A stretch of 63,101 nt of DNA from Chiloscyllium plagiosum. Lineage: Eukaryota. The translations under genes and the position numbers were made by a program. Under the pieces are notes generated by a model. It did not search any database and was not told where the DNA came from. It was given only the letters and a program-made list of their open reading frames with translations. Below are positions 12,701-24,700 of this stretch, piece after piece (within the stretch, counting starts at the first letter, position 1; every line of letters begins with the position of its first letter). The stretch is from positions 5,327,928 through 5,391,028 of the forward strand of contig NC_057719.1 of NCBI RefSeq assembly GCF_004010195.1. Reading direction: 5' to 3'.

Positions 12701-15700
12701 ATATTGTTTGTTTAAAATTGCTTCTTCTTCTGAGAAGACGTAAAGAACTATTTTGAGTTGGCCAAATCTCAAGAACCCAAGAGTGAGAAAGGGCAATTCT
12801 GTCTGTCAATCATACTAACTCCAGAACCAGCAACTACTCTGCAATGGATATCCACAATCACATTTATGGAACACCAACATTGAATACTGAAAGCTTAACT
12901 TACCTACAAGTTACTGACAGAAGCTAATTACAAGATAGATGTCGTCAGTTATTTTAATCTATATGTTTGGACATATTATGAGACACCTCTGGGGCAAGTG
13001 GAACTTGAACCCAGACCTTCTGGCCAGAAGACAACTGAAGTACAGGCCTGGATTTTTGCGGTTAATTCTCTGGAGTAGGACTTAAACCCATAATCTCTGA
13101 CTAAGGGTTGATCATAACAGTATAAGACACAGGAGCAGAATTAGGCCAGTCGGCCAATCAAGTCTATTATGCAATTCAAACATGGCTGATATGTTTCTCA
13201 ACCCCATTCCCCTGCCTTCTCCCTGAAATGCTTAATTCCCTTACTAATCAAAGACCTATCTATCTCTGTCTTAAATATGCTCAATGACTTAGTCTCCACA
13301 GTTTTCAGCAGTAATGAGTTCCATAGATTCACCAACCCCTGGCTGAAGAAATTTGTCCTCACCTCAGTGCTAAAAACTCAATCCTTCACTCTGAGGCTGT
13401 GCCCTTGGGTCCTAGTCTCTCCTACTAGAGGAAACATCTTTACCACATTCACCCTATCCAGGCCTCTTAGTATGCTGTAAGTTTCAATCAGATCACGACT
13501 CACCCTTCTAAATTCCACTGACTATAGACCCAGAGTCTAGATTAGAGTGGTGCTGGAAAAGCACAGCAGGTCAGGCAGCATCCGAGGTGCAGGAAAATCG
13601 ACGTTTCGGACAAAAGCCCTTCATCAGGAATAGAAGCAGGGTGCCTGTAGAGTGGAGAGATAAGGGGTGGGGATGAAGGTGATAGGTCAGAGAGGAGATG
13701 ACCTGGGGGGGGTTGCAGATTCTTGTAGAAAGAGGAGGAAAACTTCTTCAAGGCAGGCATCCTTGCAAGACCCAGAGTCCTAGCTGCTCCTCACATGACA
13801 AACTCTTCATCCCTAGGATCATTCTTACAAACGTCCTCTGGATTTTCCGCTCTGCCAGCACATATTTTCTTAGACAGGGGGCTCAAAACTGCTGACAATA
13901 TCCCATATGGGGTCTAATCAGAGCCTTATAGAGCCTCATCAGTTCATGCCTGCTCTTGAACTCTAGCGGTCTTGAAATGAATGCTAATATTGCATTTGCC
14001 TGCCCAACTGCCAACTGAACCTGCATGTTAACCTTAATAGAATCCTGAGCTAGAATTCCAAGTCACTTCGTGCTTCAGATTTACAAAGCCTTTTCCCATT
14101 TAGAAAATATACCATGCCTCTATTCTTCCTATCAAAGCACATAACTTCATTATTTCTCATGATGTATTCTATCTGCTACTTCTTTGCGCACTCTCCTCAC
14201 ATGGTTAGAGACAAAAAAAACTGCAGATGCTGGAATCCAAGGTAGATGTGCAGGAGGCTGGAAGAACACAGAAAGCCAGGCAGCGTCAGGAGATGGAGAA
14301 GTCAATATTTTGGGTGTATCCCTTCTTCAGGACTGGGGGTGAGTGCAAGGGGAGCTTCAGATACGAGGGATGCGGTGGAGGGTGGGGGCGGGGGCATGGC
14401 CTGGTTGGTCAATGAGAGGGATGAATCCAATTGGAAGCTGGAAGGAAGGGTTGATCAGTGGAATGGAAGGGAGTGGGAGGGGCTTGGAAGGGAGTCAGGG
14501 GATGGGAAGGAGATAATTTGAAATTGGAGAACTCAATGTTGAGTCGTCTGGGCTGTAGGCTTCCCAGATGGAAAATGAGGTGTTGTTCCTCCAATTTGTG
14601 GTCTGATTTGCTGTGGAAATGTGGTCTTCTCTACATTGGTGAGACCAAACGTAAACTCAGGACACTTTTCATCAACCATCTCAGCCAGGCTTGCAGGGGC
14701 CAACCTGAGCTCCCAGTCACAGCCCTTTTTAATTCTCCTCACCACTCCCTTTCCAAAATGACCATCCTTGGCTTCCTCCATTTCCACAGTGAATCAGACA
14801 CTAATTGGAGGAACAACACCTCATCTTTCACCAGGGCAGTCTACAGCCCGGAGGACTCAACATTGAGTTCTCCAATTTCAATTACCTCCTTTCGCATCCC
14901 CGACTCCTTCCCAGCACTTCCCCTACTTCCATTCCTCTGATCCATGCTTCCTTCCAGCTACCAACAGGATTCATTCCTCCTTTCGACCAACCAGGTTGTA
15001 CCCTCTACCTGTGTTCACCTATCCCTACCTCACATCCTGCCCACATGCCCCTTATTTGCAGTACCTCTTAAACCCACTCCCAATAATGAAGAAGGGTTAT
15101 ACCCGAAACATTGACCTCTCCACCACCTGATGCTGCCTGACTTGCTGTGTTCTTCCAGCCGCCTGCTTGTCTACCACTCTTCTATCATGCCTAGGTCTTT
15201 CTGCTGCCTCCCCACTTCCGCAACACTACCTGTCCCTCCACCTATTTGTGTTATCTGCAAATTTAGTCAGTTCCTTCTTTCAGATGTGAATAGCTGAGGT
15301 CCAACGCTGACCCATACAGAACTCCACTAATCACCAGCAATGAAAAAGACCTCTTTATACCCACTGTCTGCCTTCTGCCAGTCTGCCAATTTTCTATCCA
15401 TGCCAGTATCTTGCCCCTAACACCATGGGCTCTTTCCTAGCCGCCTCTTATGCAGCACCTGGTCAAAGGCTCTCTGGAAATCCAAGTTGATCATCTCCAC
15501 TGGTTCACCTTTGTCTAACTTACTTGTTACCTCCTCAAAGATGTGTAAGCTATAACCTCCCCTTGACTAAGCCACGCTGACTCAGCCATATTCTATTATG
15601 CACTTCCAAGAACTTCACAATTTCATCCTTAATAATGAACTCCAAATACTTGCCAATGACTGAGGTCAGGCTAAACTGGCCGATAGTTTCCAGTCTTGTG

Positions 15701-18700
15701 CCTCGTTCCCTTTTTAAACAGGGTGTTAGATTACCAATTTTCCCGTCCTCTGGCACTCCAGTAATTCCTGAAAGATCCACCATCAATTCCTGTACAATTT
15801 CCACAGCTATCTCCTTCGAAGCTCTTGGTTTCAGGCTATCTAGTCTGGGTGATATATCCACCTTCACCTTACTGATAGCCACTACACTCATCTCTGACCC
15901 TGACTTCCTTGAAGTTCTGGTATGCTGCTAGTGTCTTCCACTGTAAAAACTATTCCAAAATACTTATTAAGTTCCTCCACCATTACTATTTCTCCAGCCT
16001 CATTTTCCAGCGGTCCAATGATTGTTCTTGCTTCTCTCTTACCATTTAGATATCTAAAAAAAAACTTTTTTTTTTATTAGATTACTTACAGGCCCTTCGA
16101 CCCAACAAGTCCACACCAACCCGCTGAAGCACAACCCACCCAGACCCATTCTCCTACACTTACCCCTTCGCCTAACACTACAGGCAATTTAGCATAACCA
16201 ATTCACATTTTTGGACTGTGGGAGGAAACGGAAGCAAACCCACACAGACACAGGGAGAATGTGCAAACTCCACACAGTCGCCTGAGGCAGGAATTGAACC
16301 CGGGTCTCTGGCGCTGTGAGGCAGCAGTGCTAACCACTGTGCCACCGTGCCGCCCACTAACAATCTTCTTTTATGTTACTAGCTAGCTTACTCTCATATT
16401 TCACCTTCGCCCCCACTTATTGTTTTTTCAGTTATCAAAAGCTGGTTTTCAAAGGCTTCCCAATCCTCTGGCTTTCCACTAACCTTCACCATATGGCATG
16501 CTTTCTCTTTTGCTTTTATGCTGTCCCCGACTCTTGTCAGCCGCGGACACCGTGTCCTCTACTTTGAATGCTTCTTCTTCCTTGGGATGAATTTCTGCTG
16601 TGCCTGCTGAATTACCCAAAGAAACTTCAACCATTGCTGGTCCACCATTTTCCCTGCTAGGTATCCCTTCCAATCAACTCTGTCCAGCTCTCTCATGTCT
16701 TTGTAGTTATCTTTATTCAATTGTCATACAGTTACATCTGACTCCAGCCTCTCCCTTTCAAACTGTAGGGTGAATTCTATCACATTTGCAACTTGAATTC
16801 AATAAAAATAATATCTGAATTAAAAATATAATGATGACCACGAATCCATGGTTGATTGTCGGAAAAGCCCATCCGGTTCACTAATGCCCTTTAGAAATTG
16901 CCATCCTTATGTGATCTGGCCTACATGTGATTCCATACACACAGCAATGTGGTTGACCCTTATCTATCATCTGGGCAATTAGGATGGCCAGCAATACGTG
17001 ACTGAATGAATTTTTTAAAAAATCATGGTCACTGATCTCTAGGGGCTCCTTCACCTTAAGCCTCCTAATCAAGTCTGCCTCATCACACATCACCAAAATA
17101 AAAACTGCTTATTCTCTACTGGGCTCTACCACAAGGTGGTCCAAAATAAAACTACGTGGTACTCATTCCATTAATTCCTTTCCTTGATTTTCCAAGTCCA
17201 CCTGCATATTGAAGTCCCTCATGGTTACTGTAATAGTATATTTTCTACATGCCTTTTCTATCTCCTGATTTTCTTCCAACATCCTGACTACTGCTAGAAG
17301 GCCTGTATGTAAATCCCATCAAGGGTTTCTTCCTTTGCAGTTCCTCAATTCTACCCACAGATTCTATACCTTCCAAGTCTATTCATTTCTCGCTATAAAT
17401 TTAATTTAATTTCTTATACACCAGGAATACGCTACCCATTGAACTATGGTTGATATCTTGTCTTCAATGTTGTAAACCCATATATTCCTACAGGGCAACG
17501 GCCTTAGTTGAGACTTTTTGAACAACGATCTAGCACAGGTGAATGGTCTTCTGTTCTGTAAGGTGTCCTGTATTCATGGTTCTTCATTGTAAAGCATGTC
17601 TTCAGTCTAAAATACCTCTAAAGTCCTGAGTCAGCCATGTCAGACATGAAAGGAGGTGTAGACAAATCCTGAAGGAAAATATGTTCTATTATTTGTATTC
17701 AGATTGTTTTATGTGTGATGACAATGTGTATAAACCTCCACTGGAATATCACTAGATCATAAACTAGCTCATAAGCACTTTCAGACAATCTTTATGAGGT
17801 CTAATTAATTTATTAATGAACAGTCCTTTCACCTGGGTTGCAAATGAGTTTCCATCCCAATGACAAAGGTAATCACTGTCTATTTTAATTTAGAAAGTTG
17901 TTCCCTTCTGTCTGCCCTATTTAATATTTCTACTGAATGGCCAACCTGTCCAATGCATTCTAACATTGCATCACAAGTATTCCATTACTGAACCATGGAA
18001 ATGCAAAGGATAAGACACTACCCTAAACCAACACTTAATCTGGAGAAACAAAAGGGCTTAACCTTTATAGATCTGCAATCTGCAATCAATGCAGATTGTA
18101 GACTCTCATCTTGCTAGGTCTGCGATCAATTAAAGGATAATTGATTCCTTTTATATCAACATGTTTATATTTGCAAGTGAGGTCAATAAGATCATCATTG
18201 ATTTATCCTAGGCCCCAACTCCTCTTTCCTGCCAGCTCCTAAGAGCCCTCAACCTCAATTTCAAAAATCGATCTATATCCTCTTCAAATCTTTCATTGAT
18301 CATGCTTCCATAATTCTCTCGGATAGAGAATTCCAGACATTCATTATCTCTGAGAGAATAATTTTGGATCTCAGTTTTGAATGAGTGTCCCCTTATTCTG
18401 CAACTATGTCTATGTGTTTGAAAGTCCCCATTAGTGGAAACATCTTCTCAACATCTATCTTGTCAAACCCCTTAGAATCTTGTATTTTTCCATAAGACCA
18501 GTAGTAGTTCTTCTAAAGCCTAAAATATCTAGTGGTCATCAATAAGTCAACCCCTTCATTCCTGGAAAAAATACAGTGAATCTTTTTTGAGCTGCCACCA
18601 ATACCAGTAAGTCATTTCTTAAATGAAGGGACCAAGACTGTACACAGTACTCCAGGTGTGGCCTCATCAACACTCTGTATGGTTGTAACAAGACTTCCTT

Positions 18701-21700
18701 GTTTTTAAATTCTAACTCCCCAGCAACGATGGCCAAAATTCCATTTGGTTAAGTACTTGTTGTACCTGCATGCTAACTTCTTATGTTTCACACACACAGA
18801 TTCAGTAATCAGCAGCCTCTTTGGTGCCAAAATGGCATCAGCACAGTGTGTGGTCATGTACACCTTTGGCCCTTGCCTGATGCCACCTTTGTACTGCAAT
18901 TCCAAACCAACTTCATCTAACAGAACAACCAATAAACAATGCAAAATTCAACTAGTCACTATTGTTCATTCCCTTAGTTTTCTGACTTTGCCTGACCTAG
19001 TGTCTTCAACAGTATAAGTAATAGGACTTCTTGGAGTTTCACGGGCGGACAATGTAGACATGTTGCAGCTGTTCGCCAAATAAGCTCCAACTTTCAACTT
19101 CATCTCAGCTTGCAAAGTGGAAGTCTGGACTAGCTGGACGTGTGTCAGTGTTGTGACAACAAACACTGCCATTCTGAGAAACTCAGCACATTTGTGCACT
19201 ACAGTGTCAATGGCACTCCCCTAGGCAATGTCTCAACAATTATGCTCATCAGTTGGAGGACAGATTGCAAGATTACTGTGCAAGACTCAATGTCCTTTCA
19301 ACACTGGCATGACAGCAGCAGTCTGAATTTGCACAGCAAAAAGCTGAGAATTCACAACTACAATCTGACATAGCAGCATTTTGACATTCTGTTGGCTTTT
19401 GTTCATAGTACAGTAAAAGCCAAGATATTATCCACCAATCTTGACATGGAGTTGGCCACCTCTTCTATGCTGGAAAGAATGTGCTCCAAGTTTGGCATAG
19501 GCCTGTGATCACTTGCTGCCAGACTCCTCCATGCTCATTGACAATGCCATCAGATCCTCTGGCAGGCCTGCCAATGCACCAAGCATTTCTGTGTGTACTG
19601 TCATCAGCTTTTTCATCATTTCATCCAAGTCCTTCACTGTGTGCTTTGCAGTGGAACACGTGATCTCACCAGCCAGGGAGCTAGTACTTGTGCTATCATT
19701 AGCTTCAGCTCACTTTCCCTGGCTATCTCACCAACCACAAGGAAAAAGCTGTAAAATTGGCAAATGACAAACTTGTTTAACTGATCTTGCATTCTTCAAA
19801 ATGGAAATCCTGTCTGACCATTATGTTCATTTCCAAGTACTGCAGTTTTATTGACTCTCGTCATGTAGACATCCTGTCTCTGTGTTGCTCTCTGAAGTAT
19901 GTGCAATGCCAGTTCATTCGAACTGGTAGCTGTGAGTGATAGATTGAGTGTTGGTGTTTCATCATCATTAGTATTGTCTTCCTGTTGGCCTTCCTATTCC
20001 TGTACCATTGCCTGGCAAAGCTGCAATTCTTAGATATTTGAAAGGAGCAAGGCTAGATTTTGGTGGGGGAGGGGAGTTATTGGGTTGGGGTGCAGGAAGA
20101 GGTGAATGCTGATACCATCTGAGTTTGTAAATCAGAAGAATTTGGGTGATTTTGCAAACAGGATGTAAGAAGGTAAACTTGGTCAGACCATACTGCTTCA
20201 GTGGTCTCAACTCCAATGCTGGGCATGGCTTCAACAACAGCCTCTCCAATTACGGAAATATTGTTTCCTCCCTGGTGATAAGAACATGCAGGCATGTTTA
20301 TTCTTTGCTGCTGTTGTCTGTACTAATGCATCATTTGATGGTGAAAGAGAGTGGGAAGTGTGCCAGTAAGTATGCTGCAATCTCCTTTGAGTAATCTGGT
20401 ACAACAGTTCCATAATGCAGTGTCTCCAATGTTGTGAGATATGCAGCAGTGTAAGGTGTGTAAAGGTGAGGTGAAACTATGATTGTGAGGAATGATGTGT
20501 CCTTGATAGAAATTGTTGGTAGATGAACAAAGAAAGCTGATGAATTGAGCGCGCTGGTTTGACTGTAAGAATAAGGCATTTGAAGACACATTTACTAAAA
20601 CGACCTTTATTAATCCTATGAGGTCACTATAAACCTCTTTCAGAACCTTATTCACACCCGTGCATTGCGACCATTCACACTGGCCTTAGTGGCTATGTGT
20701 TCCTATGTCCAGCCAAGCACTCTGTTTGGAGGCTAAGCAAAAAAAGGCAAAGAACTGCAGATGCTGGCAATCAGAAACAAAACCAGAAATTGCTAGAAAA
20801 GCTTAGCAAGTCTGGCAGCATCTGTGGGAGAAGGCAGAGTTAATGTTTCAAGTCCAGTAACCCTTCTTCAGAACTGATTGTAGCTAGGAAAAGGTTGGGT
20901 GGGGAGAGAGTGGAAGAGTAAATGATAGTTGGAAATGAAGCCCACAGAGAGAGAGAGAGAGAGAGAAAAAACAGTTGGACAGGCAAAGGAATGGGTAAAG
21001 ATTAGCCTTGTGGAATCACCAGCTGCTGAGTGAGACCATTAGTAGCTGACAATAGGGTAATAGTGATAGCAGCTCATGTGATGACAAGGCCTAGTGTTGT
21101 GAGGGTTGCACAAGGACATGGGAGAAGGTGCTCAGGTCCTAGAATTATCAAACTAGATACTGAGTCCCGAAGGCTGCAGAGCTCCCCAAGCGGAAAAGGA
21201 GATGCCGTTCTTCCAACTTGTGATGAGCTTCACTAGAGATGTTGGCCAGGGAGTAGCGAGGAATGCTGAAAGGGCAGGCAACAGGAAACTTAGAGACATT
21301 TTTGTGGACAGCATGTAGATGTTCAACAAAAAGGTTGCCTAGTCTGCCTTTTGTCTCCCCAATATGGAGGAAATTACATTGTGAGCATCAAATACAGTAA
21401 ACCACATTGAGTGAAGTGCAGATAAATTGCTGCTGCACCTGGAAGATGTGTCTGGGGCCTTGGTTAGTGAACAGGTATTGGAGGATTCATTCTGGCCACT
21501 TGTTGATGCAGGATCTCTCTCTAACAAGACCTGGGCCTTGTAAACTGTTTTGCAACCTCTTCCATTTTTAACTATCTTCACACTTTGTTGCTTTGCCGGT
21601 GATGCCCTTGTACTGGTTTTAGAAGTTGAATAAAAATGTTTTGGCCAAAAATCTATCTAAAGTAAACCATAGGAGTATGTAAATTTAACTGACTTGTTCC

Positions 21701-24700
21701 AATTGTGACTCCAACCTCTAGTCTTGCCATTCAAATTATCTTGGAGAGATTATATAAAATCGAACCAAACTTCAAACCACCAGTGTCGATAATGAAAAGT
21801 TGTTGTTTCTTTCAAAAATGGTGCATCTCCTGCCAATGTGCTTGAACGAGACATTAATGCCACTGACATTATCATTGCGTATCCATATTCCACTGGGACC
21901 AGACATAGTTTGCCTGTTGTTGCTGCCACACCTCATTATTGGTCATCCCAGTGTTGCCCCCCACTTCTGCCCCAGATGTCCTGCTAACTGTTCTCTTATT
22001 CCTCTGCTCACCTTCCCATTGTTCATGCCCTTGCTGTGGTATCACCCACTGTTGGTGACGCTTCCTCACTGCTGGCCACTTCCCTCACCACTCCATTCAC
22101 GGTTCCATCCCCTTTTACTGCTGGTTCCTGGAGTGAGGCAATGGGTGAGGCATCAAGGGGTCTTTCTGAGAAATCCTTGAGGTTATTGGTTTCATAAATA
22201 ATTCAAAGCGCATCAGGATGCTACATGAAATAAAGTTTAATTTGGTAGTAACAGTGCGACATTTCAGAGAATGCAAGAATTCTTTTTAAAAAGTGTGAGT
22301 TTGTTGCAACCAACACCAGGGATTTCCTGTGTTGAGGGTTATGTACTCAGTCATGTGGCTTTGGGTTTCCTCCCACAGTTTGTTTTTGAAGCATCCCTCA
22401 TAGTCAGCATTTTGCCCTTTCCAAAAATGTTTCTTCAACTCAGGCAAGCATGAACTTTGATATACATTTGCATTGTATGAAATGACCAATTGCTTGGAAT
22501 TATTTCTCATTGTTCAGAATCTACAGTGCAATCTATGGCACCTTTTGCAATCATGGGGCATCACTTCACAATGTTGCACAACTCTAACCAAAAAAAAAGG
22601 TTACTAGCTTTTTTTCCAATAGTCTCTTTGGGAATTCAGAACAGTGGAAATGGATGTGAGGACAGTGGAATGCTCCTCCTGTACAATGTGGGAGGCACTA
22701 GTGTCCCCACTGACTTCATCTGTGAGAAGTGCACCCAACTACAGTTCCTTGGGAACCGCGTTAGGGAACTAGAGCTGGAGCAGGATGAACTTCAGATCAT
22801 TCGGGAGGCTGAGGGGCTAATTGAGAGGAGTTACAGGGATGTAGTCACACCTCAGCTACAGGTAAAAGGCAGATGGGTTACGGTCAGGGGATGGAAAGGG
22901 AACATGCAGACAGTGTAGGGATCCCCTGTGGCCAGTTCCCTCAATAACAAGCATACCGCTTTAGATACTGTTGGGGGGCCGACTTACCAGGATAAGCCAT
23001 GGGGTACAAGGTCTCTGGCACAGAGTCTGTCCCTATTGCTCAGAAGGGAAGTGGGGAAAGGAGTACAGCATTAGTCACTGGGGACACCATTGGGGATAGA
23101 TAGGAGGTTCTGTGGGAACAAGACAGGCTTGTGGTTGGTGTGTTGTCTCCCAGGTGCCAGGGCTCATGATGTCTCGAATTGTGTTTATGGAATCCTAAAG
23201 GGGGAAGGGGAGCAGCCCCAAGTCATGATCCACATAGGCACTAATGACGTAGGTAGAAAAAGGGATGGGGATATAAGGCAGAAATTCAGGGAGCTAGACT
23301 GGAAGCTAAGAGTTAGAACAAACAGAGTTGTTATCTCTGGTTTGTTATCCGTGCTAGCAAGGTGAGGAATAGGGAGAGAGAACAGTTATAGAACATAAAA
23401 CATTATAACGCAGTACAGGCCCTTCGGCCCTCAATGTTGCACCGCCGTGTGAAACCAATCTGAAGCCCATTTAACCTACACTAATCCATTCTCGTCCATA
23501 TGCCTATCCAATGACCATTTAAATGCCCACAAAGTTGGTGAGTCTACAACTGTTGGGACCTCTACAAACGGGACAGTCTACACTGAACCAGAGGCGTACC
23601 AATATCCTGGGGAGGAAATTTGCTAATGTTCTTCGGGAGGGTTTAAACTAATTCAGCAGGGGGCTGGGAAGTTGAATTGTAGCTTCAGTGCACAGGAGGT
23701 TGAGAGTAATGAGGTGATGAATAAGATTTCAAGGTCACAGGAGTATAGTGGTAGGCAGGAAGGTGGTTTTAAGTGTGTCTACTTCAACTGGGATTTCCTT
23801 GTTGTGGTCATTTCGGAGACATGGATAGAGCAGGAACAGGAATGGTTGCTGCAGGTTCCAGGGTTTAGATGTTTCAGTAAGATCAGGGAAACTGGTAAAA
23901 GAGGGAGAGGTGTGGCACTGTTAGTCAAGGACAGTATTACGGTGGCAGAAAGGACGTTCGATGAGGACTCGGTCTACTGAGGTAGTATGGCCTGAGATTA
24001 GAAATAGGAAAGGAAAGATCCTCCTGTTGGGAGTTTTCTATAGGCCTCCACAAAGTTCCAGAGATGTAGAGGAAAGGATTGTAAAGATGATTCTGGATAG
24101 GAGCAAAAGTACAGCGTAGATGCTATGGGGTCTTTAACTTTCCAAATGTTGACAGGAAACGCTTTAGTTTGTGTAATTTAGATGGGCCATTTTTTGTCCA
24201 ATGTGTACAGGAGGGTTTCCTGACACAGTATGTAGACCGGCCAACAAGAGGCAAGGCCACATTTGATTTGGTACTGGGTCATGAACCAGGCCAAGTGTTA
24301 GATTTGGAGGTAGGTGAGCACTTTGGTGATAATTGAAGAGTTTAATGCTGGAAAAGCACAGCCAGTCAGGCAGCATCCAAGAAGAGAATCAACGTTTCTA
24401 GCATAAGCTCTTCAACAGGAATGAGGGAGTGGCCCAAGGGGGTTGGGATAAATGGGAGGAGGTGGGGCTGGTGGGGAAGGTAGCTGAGATGAAGATGGGG
24501 GTGAAAATAATAGGTCAGAGAGGACGGTGGAGTGGATAGGTGGGAAGGAAGATGGACAGGTAGGACAGGTCAAGAGGGCGATGCCAAGTTGGTAGGCTGG
24601 ATCTGGGATAAATGGAGGAGGGGAAATAAGGAAACTGATGAAATCCACATTTATCCCGTTTGGTTGGAGGGTCCCAAGGCAGAAGATGAGGCGTTCTTCC

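Larger units (their letters stand above)
13115..17420 (-). mobile_element. Long decayed CR1-like LINE with nested Penelope and SINE insertions
   Basis: Minus ORF 15550-15891 ([27 protein letters not shown]); 3' tail near 13120. Confidence 0.75.
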
